Below, in pieces: positions 20,977 to 31,373 of a stretch of DNA of 64,000 nucleotides (the stretch's first letter is position 1; each line of letters starts with the position of its first letter). The stretch spans positions 74,651-138,650 of the forward strand of contig JAFCGI010000001.1 of NCBI GenBank assembly GCA_017608235.1, read 5' to 3'. This DNA comes from Candidatus Pacearchaeota archaeon (GTDB lineage Archaea; Nanobdellota; Nanobdellia; UBA10117; JAFCGI01). The position numbers and the translations under genes are program-made. The notes under the pieces were generated by a model. The model was not told the origin of the DNA. It worked only from the letters and a program-made list of their open reading frames with translations, and did not search any database.

Positions 20977-21865
20977 GTTTCTTTTCTAAATATATTCTTA
21001 GTATTCCAGCATTCATTATCCAAGTATTCATAAAGTCTAATAGTAAACCCATGATTAGGATTAATGCTATTTGTTTTAGCATTAATGCTGGTGAAACTAT
21101 AAAGATAACAGATAGACTTACTAAAGTAGTTATTTCCATTGTAAGTCCAGTTTTTATTGCTCCAAATAATCTTTCTAGTTCAGTTCCTTCTCTTCGTTTT
21201 ATTAGTTTAGTGGTAAGTAGAATGTTGGAATCTACAGAATAACCAATTAACATTAATATGGCTGCTACTCCTGCAGTTGATAGTTTTATATCAAATAAAT
21301 TTATTAGTGCTAGTACTCCTATGATATTTGACATTACTGCTAGAATTATTGATCCTGAGATTAGAGGTTTTCTGAAATAATAGAAGATTACTATTGCCAT
21401 AAAAATAAATGCTAGAGCTATAGCCTTCATTGTGCTGTTCCAGAAAGCTTCTCCTAATCCAGTGGAGATTTCTTCAATAGCATAATTGTCTTCTGTTAAT
21501 TTTATATTTGTAACTTTTTCTATAGCTGCTTTAATGGTTTCAATATCAGAAGGTTCCACCTCAAAAGAATATCCTATGCGCCCGCCACTTATACTTCTAA
21601 GTTCTTTTACTGATAAGCTTAAGTCAAGTTCTTGTTTAAGATTTGTTTCTATTAGAGGAATATCTAGCTGTTCAGAGGTTTGTATTGTTACTAAGTAACC
21701 TCCTTTTAAACTTATATCTTTGCTTATGAATTCTCCTGTGTTTATTTTCCAGAATCCAAGCATACATAATGAAAATATTAAGAAGATTATGGGTAAGAGC
21801 ATTAGTTTCTTATATTTTTCTTCATAAGTTTTTGTGAAGATGTTTTGTTTTTTAGGTTCTTCCAT
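20969..21865 (-). CDS. secF: Protein translocase subunit SecF
   Basis: ISLKGG, AAILMLIGYSVDSNILLT, LLDFMNTW; coupled to secD. Confidence 0.93.
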   Translation of the reverse strand: MEEPKKQNIFTKTYEEKYKKLMLLPIIFLIFSLCMLGFWKINTGEFISKDISLKGGYLVTIQTSEQLDIPLIETNLKQELDLSLSVKELRSISGGRIGYSFEVEPSDIETIKAAIEKVTNIKLTEDNYAIEEISTGLGEAFWNSTMKAIALAFIFMAIVIFYYFRKPLISGSIILAVMSNIIGVLALINLFDIKLSTAGVAAILMLIGYSVDSNILLTTKLIKRREGTELERLFGAIKTGLTMEITTLVSLSVIFIVSPALMLKQIALILIMGLLLDFMNTWIMNAGILRIYLEKKHE

Positions 21866-21919
21866 TTTTTGAATGTTAGCACCGAAAGTTTTAAACTTTG
21901 TGATTTTTTAGTTTTTTGT

Positions 21920-22672
21920 ATGAAGATACGAAAAAATGATAAAGTTTTGTTAATTGGGCCTGAGAATTCAAGATTTATTGTAACTGTTGATAAAAAAGAG
22001 TTTTCTAGTAAATATGGTCAAATAAGTCTAGGTAAATTAATTGGTAGGGATTATGGATTTAAGATTAAAACTCATATTGGAAAAGGATTTATAGTATTGG
22101 AGCCTAGATTTTCTGATTTGCTAGGTAGAGCTAAGAGAGGGCCACAGGCAGTTCTGTTGAAAGATGCTATGGCTATATTAGCATATACTAGCATAGATAA
22201 GGATTCTAGTGTGGTAGATGCAGGATTAGGATCTGGATGGTTAGCTAGTTTTTTGGCAAGATACGTTAAGAAAGTGATTAGTTATGAACGAAGAAAAGAG
22301 TTTGTTAAAATCGCTAAGAAGAACATTGATTTTTTTAATATTAAAAATATTAAAGTAAAAGAAAAGGATGTATATAATGGTATTTCTGAGAAGAATTTAG
22401 ATTTGATTACTTTGGATTTGCCTGAGCCTTGGAAAGTACCAAATATTTCTAAGAATTTGAAATCTGGAGGATATATAGTAGCTTATCTGCCTACGATAAA
22501 TCAAGTTATTGAGTTTAGAAAACATCTAGAGGAAGATAAAAACTTAATGATAGAGAAAGTTATTGATATTTCTGAAGAGTATTGGATAGTTAGCAAGAAA
22601 GTAGTTAGACCAGAGTCTCAAACATTAGGACATACTGCTTTTTTAGTGTTTGTTAGAAAAATTAGTAAATAG
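21920..22672 (+). CDS. trmI: tRNA (adenine57/58-N1)-methyltransferase (start taken at ATG 21920)
   Basis: RGPQAVLLKD, VDAGLGSG, SYERR, LDLPEPW, YLP, RPE...GHTAFL. Confidence 0.92.
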   Translation: MKIRKNDKVLLIGPENSRFIVTVDKKEFSSKYGQISLGKLIGRDYGFKIKTHIGKGFIVLEPRFSDLLGRAKRGPQAVLLKDAMAILAYTSIDKDSSVVDAGLGSGWLASFLARYVKKVISYERRKEFVKIAKKNIDFFNIKNIKVKEKDVYNGISEKNLDLITLDLPEPWKVPNISKNLKSGGYIVAYLPTINQVIEFRKHLEEDKNLMIEKVIDISEEYWIVSKKVVRPESQTLGHTAFLVFVRKISK

Positions 22673-23354
22673 ATCCATTGAATTCTATTTCTTGGGATTT
22701 AAGATATAAAGAATAATTCAAATATTGTTTTGAATCTTGCTCTATTATTGTGTTGTTACAGATGATTTTTATGAATCTCTTGTTATAGAAATCTGTTAAA
22801 TGGCTACATAAATTATTTGGAAAATCTTCTTCTGCTAAGTAAGAAGTAGTTATATTTTCTGAGTTTCCTAATCCAGAGGTTCTGTATGCTGGGACTGTGG
22901 CAGATGCATAGCCATAATAAATATAATATTGTGATAGATTTCCAGTAAAACTAGCTTGGAAACTTATATTACAGGTTGGAGGGTTATCATATGAGATGTT
23001 TGAGTTTATTTCTGTATTATTTAAATCTGTAATTCTTATTTCTTTAGTACAATTTGAAATATGTGCTGCTGGCAGAGTTACTTGGATTTCTATAGGATTT
23101 ATGATTCCATTGGTTTTTGTTATGTTTGCTTGTGTTCTGTAATCCCATGAGAAGTTCCACCAATATTCATCTAACCATAGATTTCTTTCTTTTATAGAAG
23201 TTATAGCATTTTCTAGTTCTTGTGTTGAAGTATAGTGGTCTTCCACAGAAATAAAGCATATTGGTTTTATGTAACTATAGATTGTTATGAATGAGAGAGC
23301 TATCACTAAGATTGTGATTAGGAATATTTGACCTTTTTTTCCTTTTATTTTCAT
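22662..23354 (-). CDS. Class III signal-peptide (pilin-like) protein with DUF2341-like segment
   Basis: KKG|QIFLITILV; WWNFSWDYR...EIRIT...YYIYYG. Confidence 0.65.
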   Translation of the reverse strand: MKIKGKKGQIFLITILVIALSFITIYSYIKPICFISVEDHYTSTQELENAITSIKERNLWLDEYWWNFSWDYRTQANITKTNGIINPIEIQVTLPAAHISNCTKEIRITDLNNTEINSNISYDNPPTCNISFQASFTGNLSQYYIYYGYASATVPAYRTSGLGNSENITTSYLAEEDFPNNLCSHLTDFYNKRFIKIICNNTIIEQDSKQYLNYSLYLKSQEIEFNGSIY

Positions 23355-23791
23355 AGTGCACTCCAAATATATAATTTAATTGTTACAGGATCTGATGATT
23401 TTGAGTATGTGTAAAATATGCTATGTATATTTTTATTATCTAAGTCAGAAGATCCACAACTTCTTCCTATAGAATAACAAGTATCTTGATAATAATATTC
23501 TGTTTCAAACATTATTGTTTTAGGAAGTTCTTTTTGTATGTAAAGATCTATTGTTGTAAAGTTTGAGTTTGTGATATTGTTAGCAAAATTATTTTCTAAT
23601 AAGTGTTCTTTATCAAGATTATATAGTGTATTGTAGCCTATTTTTTTAAGATTCTGAGATTCTGGAATTTTATTTACATCACAAGTTATTGTAAATACAG
23701 ATGCAAATAATGCTAATAACAAGAGAATTACTAATATTTCAATTGTGTAAACATATGCTTTTTTTGTTTTTATTATATTTGTTTTTACCAT
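23351..23791 (-). CDS. Class III signal-peptide pilin-like protein
   Basis: KKA|YVYTIEIL followed by hydrophobic helix; ends LYIW. Confidence 0.7.
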   Translation of the reverse strand: MVKTNIIKTKKAYVYTIEILVILLLLALFASVFTITCDVNKIPESQNLKKIGYNTLYNLDKEHLLENNFANNITNSNFTTIDLYIQKELPKTIMFETEYYYQDTCYSIGRSCGSSDLDNKNIHSIFYTYSKSSDPVTIKLYIWSAL

Positions 23792-25443
23792 GATACTATT
23801 TCTATGTAAGCAGGAAGTGTTTCATTTTCAGTTATTATTCTGCCTTTTGTTCTTAGATTGCAGTAGCTTTGTTTTCTTGGAATAACAGCACCGATTTTTT
23901 CTCTTAACAGAGTGTTTCCTAGGTATATTGGATATTCTCTTCCTGTATTTGGGTCTTCAAAAATCATGTTTCTAATATAGTTTATTTCTGTAGCGTTTTC
24001 AACGACAATTGTGATAGAGTCATTGTCTCCTGCAGGTATATCCCAATCTAAGATTATTGTAGTTCCATTGCTAGTGTATGTGGAGGTGTTAGTATCTTGT
24101 GCTTCTAAGCTGTAGGTATAATTTACAAAAGAAGCATTTGAAAATGGGAAGAAAAGTTCTAGTTTTAGTATGGAATCATAATCTGCATTTCTTCCTGCGA
24201 TTACTGTAAGGTTTGAGTTTGATCCCTGTCTGTATAAATTTGTGGTTGGAAGTATTGGGGAGTATGGTCTGATTACTAAATTGTTGCTTGCTGCTAGTGT
24301 TCCATCAGCACCATCATTAGGAGTTACATCATAGCTCCAAGTTTCCCAGTGATCTGTCATAGAGCTATGTATTTCTGTATTATTTTTATTGTAGAGAGAT
24401 TTTATTTGATCTGCAGTTAGTGCAGTATCCCAAATTCTTACTTCATCTACTGTACCATTAAAATAAAAATTTGGACTAACTGTACACCAGTCTGCAATCA
24501 TTGTTTTTCCTGATGTAATAGATGTCCAACCAGAACCTCTAGTTGAGCTTGATTTATAATTTCCATCTATATAGAAAGTATATTTGCTGTTTGCTTCTTT
24601 ATCATACACAAGAGCTGCATGATGCCAGCCTCCACTTAGTACTCCACCACTTAAATAAAATTCAGTGGATGTGTTACCAACTCTTGCTTCAATGCTTCCT
24701 GTATTAGTTATATATATGAGATATGCGTCGTCAAAACCACTACATCCATTTATTCTGTTTTTACTAATTATTCCGCCCCATGTTCCTGCAGGTCCTAGTT
24801 TTTTGAATCTAAGTGAAACAGTAAATGAGCCTGGAATGTTTGTGCTAGAACCACTAAAGTCAATTCTATCACCATTGCCATCGAATAGATATGCACCTCC
24901 AATATATCCATTAGAAGTCCAAGAAGTATCACCAATTAAAGTACCATTATTTTGGTTTCCAGAATAATCTTTAGCAAGACTTGTTGTATTTGTGTCAAAA
25001 GGTGTGTTTAGTGCTGTTAGAGAATTTCCATTTTTTTTCCAGTTTATTATATGAGTTATGTTATCTCCATCAGGATCTGTGCTTGTAATATATGCAGTTA
25101 GGTTATCTGTTGTTAAATTATATATGGTGGTTGCATTTAGTTTTGCGGAAGTTATTTGTGCTGCTGCAAATCCGGTTAAGAGGTTTTGTTTTGATAATTG
25201 GAAGAAGGAGCTGGGAATTAAACCATCCCAGCTCTTCTCTGCGCCCAATGAGTTTGAGTTTTGATTTAGGGTTAATAATCCTTGAAGTAAAGATATAGAA
25301 TTGCTGTTTGTGTTTAGCTTGTTTTGAATGTTTATTTTTATTATGCTATCTGGAGTTAATTCAGATGCAAGAGATAAAGAATTGAGTAATATGATTAAAG
25401 TTAGGAATGCTATTACTTTTTTTGTTTCTTTTCTGATTTCCAT
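23785..25443 (-). CDS. Secreted LamG/ConA-domain protein (putative pilus adhesin)
   Basis: Signal peptide; DYSGNQNNGT, AYLFDGNGD, WHHAALVYD, FYIDG, FNGTVDEVRIWDTALT. Confidence 0.85.
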   Translation of the reverse strand: MEIRKETKKVIAFLTLIILLNSLSLASELTPDSIIKINIQNKLNTNSNSISLLQGLLTLNQNSNSLGAEKSWDGLIPSSFFQLSKQNLLTGFAAAQITSAKLNATTIYNLTTDNLTAYITSTDPDGDNITHIINWKKNGNSLTALNTPFDTNTTSLAKDYSGNQNNGTLIGDTSWTSNGYIGGAYLFDGNGDRIDFSGSSTNIPGSFTVSLRFKKLGPAGTWGGIISKNRINGCSGFDDAYLIYITNTGSIEARVGNTSTEFYLSGGVLSGGWHHAALVYDKEANSKYTFYIDGNYKSSSTRGSGWTSITSGKTMIADWCTVSPNFYFNGTVDEVRIWDTALTADQIKSLYNKNNTEIHSSMTDHWETWSYDVTPNDGADGTLAASNNLVIRPYSPILPTTNLYRQGSNSNLTVIAGRNADYDSILKLELFFPFSNASFVNYTYSLEAQDTNTSTYTSNGTTIILDWDIPAGDNDSITIVVENATEINYIRNMIFEDPNTGREYPIYLGNTLLREKIGAVIPRKQSYCNLRTKGRIITENETLPAYIEIVSW

Positions 25444-25467
25444 TGGACGCGTTTTAGTTTAAATTAG

Positions 25468-25860
25468 TTATTGTATGGTATCATTTATTCCAAATTTGAA
25501 AGCATAAACCTGATATGAGATTTGGAAGTTTCCATCTATTGGAGTAGAGTTTCTTATTTTTGGATATTTATGTTCCTGGGCTTTTTTCCATTTTTCATAA
25601 GAAATATCATAAAATTTTGAATTATTCATTAATCCAAATCTAGATAATGAAGAGGAATTTTCCCAATTGAATGGTTCTCCTTGTTCTTTAAGAATTATAG
25701 CTTCTAATGTTTCTGATTGTATACATGCTTCTTCTAGGTTTGTGCTTCTTAATTCTGAACTTAGATTTGAGATGAAAGTTATAGAGATGTAGCTGAGTAT
25801 TACTATGAAAAAGAACATTATTACTATGTATTCTATAGAGGTTTGGGCCTTTGATTTCAT
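25468..25860 (-). CDS. Class III signal-peptide pilin-like protein
   Basis: KSKA|QTSIEY (E+5), GEPFNW..GL. Confidence 0.8.
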   Translation of the reverse strand: MKSKAQTSIEYIVIMFFFIVILSYISITFISNLSSELRSTNLEEACIQSETLEAIILKEQGEPFNWENSSSLSRFGLMNNSKFYDISYEKWKKAQEHKYPKIRNSTPIDGNFQISYQVYAFKFGINDTIQ

Positions 25861-25865
25861 TTTAA

Positions 25866-27020
25866 TTATTCTGAGATTATTGATTGTACTATTGTTCGAC
25901 TATAAGTTTCATAATTTACATCAACCTGCAGAGTGAAGTTTCCATATCTTAGTGGTGTTTCAAGTATTTTCTCAAATTTACCATCAGAATCTACCTTTAG
26001 TTTATAGATTTCTTCATCTTCTTCTCCCTTTGGAAAGATAATAGTTATGTCTGCTCCTTCTGAAGGAATTGTTTCAAGATATACATCACCTTTTACTACT
26101 ATTCCTTGTTCTGGAGCTACAGTTGTTGGGGTAATATAAACATCTGCTACGAATTCTGCTGGATATATAAATAGGAAAAATACAAATAATCCTGCTGAGA
26201 GCATTATTCCAATATGTTTAATTCCTGCTTTGACACTATCTTCGGTTATTTGGCCTGAGATTAGTCCTGCACATATTCCTTGAACTAGGATCATTAGCAA
26301 GAATAGATTTTTGAAATCCATTAGAGAAGGCATTTCTCCCCCAGCCATTCCAAAAAGCATTCCTACTCCAGCAATTTGTTGTGTGAATAAAATAGGAACT
26401 AATACTCTTTGTATTGCAATTAAAACGCCAAGGAACAGAATGAAGATAATATACATCATAAACATATGTTGTTTCATTAAAGATCTTCGGTCTGCTTCTA
26501 TTTCTTTTAGAGTTCGAATTTGTTCTGCTAAAGCATTTAAAATATCTACTATGTTTCCGCCAGATATGAAAGCTTCATGAATTATATCGTTTACTCTTTT
26601 GATTAAGTTGCTTTTTCTTAATCTGTATGTAAATTTAGACCAGGCTTCTGGAAAAGGTATGCTCCAAGATAGCCAAATATTTAGTTGATGAATATATTTT
26701 GAGAGTTTTCCATAATTTGTTTTTTCTGCAGTTTTTATTGCTTGAGGCAAAGTCATACCTGCTGCTTTTGATTGAGCAAGATCTCTTATGAATTCTGGAA
26801 AAGTTTGTTCTGCAGCTTCTAATTCTTGAATTTCAAGATATCCTAAAACAGCATAAGGAGCAGCAGAAATTATTCCACCTAGTGTGATTATTAAGATTAT
26901 GAGTGTATTAGGATAGCCTGCTAAGAAAATAAATATACTTATTAATGAAATTATTACTAGTCCTGAAACTAGTATTAATGTTCTTATGTCTATATCTTCA
27001 AGTGTTTTGTTTATTTCCAT
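25866..27020 (-). CDS. Type IV pilus platform protein (T2SS-F/TadC-like) with C-terminal Ig-like extension
   Basis: FPEFIRDLA...GMT...YGKL, SGG, GLISGQI. Confidence 0.88.
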   Translation of the reverse strand: MEINKTLEDIDIRTLILVSGLVIISLISIFIFLAGYPNTLIILIITLGGIISAAPYAVLGYLEIQELEAAEQTFPEFIRDLAQSKAAGMTLPQAIKTAEKTNYGKLSKYIHQLNIWLSWSIPFPEAWSKFTYRLRKSNLIKRVNDIIHEAFISGGNIVDILNALAEQIRTLKEIEADRRSLMKQHMFMMYIIFILFLGVLIAIQRVLVPILFTQQIAGVGMLFGMAGGEMPSLMDFKNLFLLMILVQGICAGLISGQITEDSVKAGIKHIGIMLSAGLFVFFLFIYPAEFVADVYITPTTVAPEQGIVVKGDVYLETIPSEGADITIIFPKGEEDEEIYKLKVDSDGKFEKILETPLRYGNFTLQVDVNYETYSRTIVQSIISE

Positions 27021-27892
27021 GGTGAGGTTTCTTTTATTATCATTATGAATATGAATGTTATTAATGGAATACCAAGTACAACTCCTAAGTATTGCATAAA
27101 TTGTAGTTGAGATAATGGAATTCCTCCCATAGAAGACATTAATGTGCTCATTACTATTAACAATGAGGATCCTACAACTACAAAACCAATATAGATTTGC
27201 ATTATTGTTGAGAGTCTTTTACTATATTCATCAACAACTCTTCTCCTTGCAGCAATTAAACTATGTGCTTTTTCCTCAAGATATGCAGAAATATCTCCGC
27301 CAGTAGTAATTCCAGATTTTAAACCAGAAAGAATTTCTGTCCATTGTGGAGAAGGAGATCTTGCTATTGCTCTTGATAGTGCTTTTGGTAAATCTATTCC
27401 GAGAGCTTCAACATCTTTTGTTATTTTTCCTGATTCTCTTGCAATTTCTTTGTATTCTTTAAATTTTGATAATAATTTGAATGCTTCTTGCGGTGGGAAG
27501 CCAGATCTTGTGATTGTAGATAAATATATTGCAGCAAATATAAGACTATTATCTATGTCACCTCTTCTTTTTTCTGCAAGAGTTTTTGGATAGTAATATG
27601 CTGTTAAAGATGCAATAAATGCTGCGAGTATTGGAATAGTGAATGTGATTATATTGCTTGATGGTCTGAGTTCTGGAAATAATATAAACAGGTAAAAATA
27701 TACAAAAAAAGAAGCAGCTATTAATGTGATTGGAAATACAAAAATAATCATTGCAAGATATTTTTCTGGAGAAACATCTATGTTTGCTGCTTTTAGATTA
27801 TATTTTACAGTAGGAAATATTGGTTCTAATTTTCTTACTATTGGCATAAAGATTTGCGATGCATAGTAATAGATGTCTTTTTTGTTAGCCAT
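27011..27892 (-). CDS. Type IV pilus platform protein (T2SS-F/TadB-like)
   Basis: IDNSL.FA..Y, SG.PP, G.D...AL, RSPS, GGD...YL. Confidence 0.88.
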   Translation of the reverse strand: MANKKDIYYYASQIFMPIVRKLEPIFPTVKYNLKAANIDVSPEKYLAMIIFVFPITLIAASFFVYFYLFILFPELRPSSNIITFTIPILAAFIASLTAYYYPKTLAEKRRGDIDNSLIFAAIYLSTITRSGFPPQEAFKLLSKFKEYKEIARESGKITKDVEALGIDLPKALSRAIARSPSPQWTEILSGLKSGITTGGDISAYLEEKAHSLIAARRRVVDEYSKRLSTIMQIYIGFVVVGSSLLIVMSTLMSSMGGIPLSQLQFMQYLGVVLGIPLITFIFIMIIKETSPWK

Positions 27893-27896
27893 TTTA

Positions 27897-30872
27897 TTAT
27901 TGAATTGTTGTTTTAGTTTGGCGCTTATTTTTTTCTTTTGAAATTTTTATGAGTTTGAATAATTTGTTTTGGTCTATATAGTAGGTATTTATTGTTTTTG
28001 CAGCGTCTAAGAAACTATGTAATTTTTCTTCCTGCATCCATTCTATTATTTTTACTCTTTTGAGAATTTCATTTTCTATTTGTTTTTTAGTCCAACCATG
28101 TTTTTCTGCAATTTTTGCTAGATGATAGCTGTTTTTGCTTATGAATTCATCTGTAGAAGGTTTCCATTTGAATGTCTCATTAGTCTTTATTTCTTTCTTT
28201 ATACGATCATAGCCTTCTAGTTCTATTATACTTCCTACTTTTCTTGTGAAGTGGCCCATTTTTTTTGCTCTTTCAAGAAAAACTATAATATCCAAATTTT
28301 GGAGTAATGATGCTGGAAGATCTATTGGTTTTGTAGTTAGTCTGTCTATAACTGCTTCTACTGTGTCTGCATGTAATGTGGATAAGCCAGGATGGCCCGT
28401 ATTATGCAAAAGTATACCACCAAAACCTCCAATGAAATTTTGTGTTCCTGGAACACAGAGATCATATACTGATTCTTCTTTTGGCAGAGAAATATTGTTT
28501 ATTTCTTTAACGGTATCAAGATATATGTCTTTAATTGTATTTTTATCTTTTTGTTCTTTTTTGTATTTAAATGGATATTTTAATTTTGTATATTTTATGA
28601 ATTCCTCTATGTATTTTGTTTTATAGATGCAAAGATTATAAACTGGAACATTTGTTCCTTTTGTTTTTTTAATATTGCATACAATTCCAAGAGTTAATAA
28701 TAGATATGCTAAATCATTTGCTAATTCTCTTGAAGATGTCCAATAACTAATATTTTTTTTATTTATGCTTCCGTTCCCAAGCCATAGTGCTTTTAGAAAT
28801 TCTCCTATTCTTTGTTTTGAGAGTCCAAATATGAAAAAAGGAATTTTTCTATGTTTACTATTGTCTCCGCAATATTTTTTCAGAAATTCAAATAATACTT
28901 TATTACTGAAACTTAATTCCGTTGATATACCAAAACCCTTTGTTAGTCTTTCTTTTATTTTGCAATCTAATGAATAGATACATTTTTTCATATCTTTTAG
29001 AATAATTGGATTTTTATTATATAGGGCTATTCTATTATTTTTCTTTGCTTTGTTAAGACTTCCTTCTGCGATGAAATAACCTAAGAATCTTAGAAATTCG
29101 TTTGTTATTTTTAATTTTGCAGATAGTGTTTTGCTTTTTTTATCACCTTTTATTTTTAATTTATTTAAATCATATTTGATTTTTGCTAGTTTCATTAGTT
29201 CTTCGAATTTATTAGCTTTGAGTGCTGAGAAGTGTTTTCTTGCGTAACAGTCTGATATTGTTTTTAAATTAGTGATTTTGCATGCTTTTTTATAGCCTAT
29301 TTTTCTAACAGCATCTTTAATTAAACTAGGTGCTATTACTCTGAGATTTGGTAGAAGTTCTATTAAGTTTAGATGTTTTATATTTTTGAAATTGCAAGGA
29401 AGTTTAGCAGGAATTGCTATTTTATCTCCTTTTTTAAGGTTGTCTACTACTACTCCTTTTAATTCGTTATTTTCTATTGTTAAAAGTGAATGATTTATTG
29501 TAGAAATAACTTCTCTACCTGTTTTTGTTTTGATCATAATTAAATTTGATCTTGGGCTGTGACTTTGACAATCTTTTAGGTTAGCTATTGTTATTTCTCC
29601 AGGATTTTCTGAAAAAGTTGGTACTTTGTAATTTTTTGTGTCTTTAATTTGATTTATATTTTGTATTCTTGGAAAGCCTTTGTTATCAATTACGTATGTT
29701 TTTTCGTTGCCTTTAATTGATGCCATAGCCTGGAACATTACAGTTGCTTCTTTGCCTCTGACTTCTCCTACTATTATATAGTCTGGACGTTGTCTCATAG
29801 ATGCTTTTAGTAAATCAAACATGTCTACTTGCCCATAACCTTTTGCTCCAAATCCAGATCTTGCTACTTGTGGTAGCCAGTTGATTCTGGGAATTTGAAG
29901 TTCTGCTGTGTCTTCTATTGAGACTATTTTTAATCCTGGAGCTATAAACAAACATAGACTATTTAGTAAAGTTGTTTTTCCTGTTGCTGTTGATCCTGCT
30001 ATTAAGATAGATTTTTGTTCTTCTATCATTAGCCAAAGATAAGCTAGTATTAAAGGATTAAGAGTTCCGAAGTTCAGAATATCTATAGGTGTTAGTGGAA
30101 TTCTGAAGAACTTTCTGATGCTGAAGTTTGAACCCTTTCTTGCTATGTCTGTACCATATGTTAGTTGAAGTCTTGAGCCATCAGGAAGTGTTGAATCCAA
30201 AAGAGGGGTGGCAACAGAAATAGTTCTTCCAGATTTTTGGGCAAGTTTCATTACAAAAGAATCCATGTCATCCTTTTTTATGAATGATATATTTGTAGGC
30301 ATTTCTGAATATAGTGGATTTCTATGAAATATAAATACAGGAGACTTTATTCCATTGCAACTTATATCTTCTATATTTGGATCATGCATTAAAGCTTCAA
30401 CTCTACCTAAGCCAATAGTGTCTCTGAAAATATAGTATTTTGTTTTAACTATATCTTGAGGCTTTAATTTTATTCCAAGATATTCCCAGATTTCATCTAT
30501 TTTATTATCTATGTAAGTATAGACTTGTTTTTTTATTGCTAAGCTGCTAAAATCTATTTCAAGTCTTTCTTTTAATAATTCGGAAGTTTTGTCTATGATT
30601 TTTCTTAATCTTATATCTATTTTAGGTTCGAGTACTTCATAGATGATATCATTTAATTGCTTATTATAATGTATGTAAGCGAATGCTACAGGGATTACTT
30701 TTTTACCTATTTTTATTTTAATTAAGGGGTAGGTTTCTGAGATGGATTTTATTTTTTTAGAAATATCATCTTTTGCTTCTAGTTCTAGAGCTTTTTTTGT
30801 AGGTAAGCTTATTCTGAATTCTTGGTTTTTTTGTGAATTTGATTTAGCTGTAGCTATATTGGGCGCAGTCAT
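27897..30872 (-). CDS. Type IV pilus assembly ATPase (VirB11/ArlI-like) containing an intein
   Basis: DPNIEDISC, Walker A GSTATGKTT, SIEDTAE, RQRPDYIIVGEVRG, TGH..STLHA. Confidence 0.95.
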   Translation of the reverse strand: MTAPNIATAKSNSQKNQEFRISLPTKKALELEAKDDISKKIKSISETYPLIKIKIGKKVIPVAFAYIHYNKQLNDIIYEVLEPKIDIRLRKIIDKTSELLKERLEIDFSSLAIKKQVYTYIDNKIDEIWEYLGIKLKPQDIVKTKYYIFRDTIGLGRVEALMHDPNIEDISCNGIKSPVFIFHRNPLYSEMPTNISFIKKDDMDSFVMKLAQKSGRTISVATPLLDSTLPDGSRLQLTYGTDIARKGSNFSIRKFFRIPLTPIDILNFGTLNPLILAYLWLMIEEQKSILIAGSTATGKTTLLNSLCLFIAPGLKIVSIEDTAELQIPRINWLPQVARSGFGAKGYGQVDMFDLLKASMRQRPDYIIVGEVRGKEATVMFQAMASIKGNEKTYVIDNKGFPRIQNINQIKDTKNYKVPTFSENPGEITIANLKDCQSHSPRSNLIMIKTKTGREVISTINHSLLTIENNELKGVVVDNLKKGDKIAIPAKLPCNFKNIKHLNLIELLPNLRVIAPSLIKDAVRKIGYKKACKITNLKTISDCYARKHFSALKANKFEELMKLAKIKYDLNKLKIKGDKKSKTLSAKLKITNEFLRFLGYFIAEGSLNKAKKNNRIALYNKNPIILKDMKKCIYSLDCKIKERLTKGFGISTELSFSNKVLFEFLKKYCGDNSKHRKIPFFIFGLSKQRIGEFLKALWLGNGSINKKNISYWTSSRELANDLAYLLLTLGIVCNIKKTKGTNVPVYNLCIYKTKYIEEFIKYTKLKYPFKYKKEQKDKNTIKDIYLDTVKEINNISLPKEESVYDLCVPGTQNFIGGFGGILLHNTGHPGLSTLHADTVEAVIDRLTTKPIDLPASLLQNLDIIVFLERAKKMGHFTRKVGSIIELEGYDRIKKEIKTNETFKWKPSTDEFISKNSYHLAKIAEKHGWTKKQIENEILKRVKIIEWMQEEKLHSFLDAAKTINTYYIDQNKLFKLIKISKEKNKRQTKTTIQ
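28401..29720 (-). mobile_element. 440-aa intein with LAGLIDADG endonuclease domain
   Basis: Interrupts FQAMA|TGH. Starts SIKGNE, block B STINHSL, LAGLIDADG motifs FLGYFIAEG and FLKALWLGNG, block F VYDLCV, ends LHN followed by Thr. Confidence 0.95.
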
Positions 30873-30947
30873 ATCTTAGAAGTATGTATTTTGCATTAAA
30901 AAAGCTTACTTAATGTTTAGAAATCGTAGTTATTATAGAGTAACAAG

Positions 30948-31373
30948 CTAAGATAGAATGATTTTATCTTTTTCAGGAGAATATTCTAGTGAGATTTTTT
31001 GATTTTCTGAAAATGCTAATCCTTGAGTGCTTTTATTCCAGGTTTTTATGTTATGTATTTTGGAGATTGCTTGTGTTCCTCGAATGTCTATTTTAGTTTT
31101 GTTTCCTAATAAGGAAATTTCATAAGAGTCTTTTCCAATTTCTGCTGGAATTGGTTTTGAGATTTTTATATAACCATATTCTGAGAATATTTTTAAATTT
31201 TCTATAGAGTTTTCTAGGTTTTGATTTTCTAGAGAAATTATTTGTTCTCCTGATTTTTCTATAACATTTTTTTCTATTCCTTCATAAGAGATTATTATTA
31301 GTGCAAGTACTGTAATACTTATTATGGAAGAGATTATTAGAAAAAAAGCACTAAAAGCAGTTTTAGATTTCAT
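30948..31373 (-). CDS. Pilin-like protein (class III-like signal)
   Basis: MKSKTA|FSAFF followed by hydrophobic helix; IPAEIG..SY.I. Confidence 0.6.
   Translation of the reverse strand: MKSKTAFSAFFLIISSIISITVLALIIISYEGIEKNVIEKSGEQIISLENQNLENSIENLKIFSEYGYIKISKPIPAEIGKDSYEISLLGNKTKIDIRGTQAISKIHNIKTWNKSTQGLAFSENQKISLEYSPEKDKIILS

Noticed and set aside
21845-21919. Extended N-terminus of trmI given in the ORF track
   Set aside because: Overlaps the divergent secF start; ATG at 21920 fits the family length better
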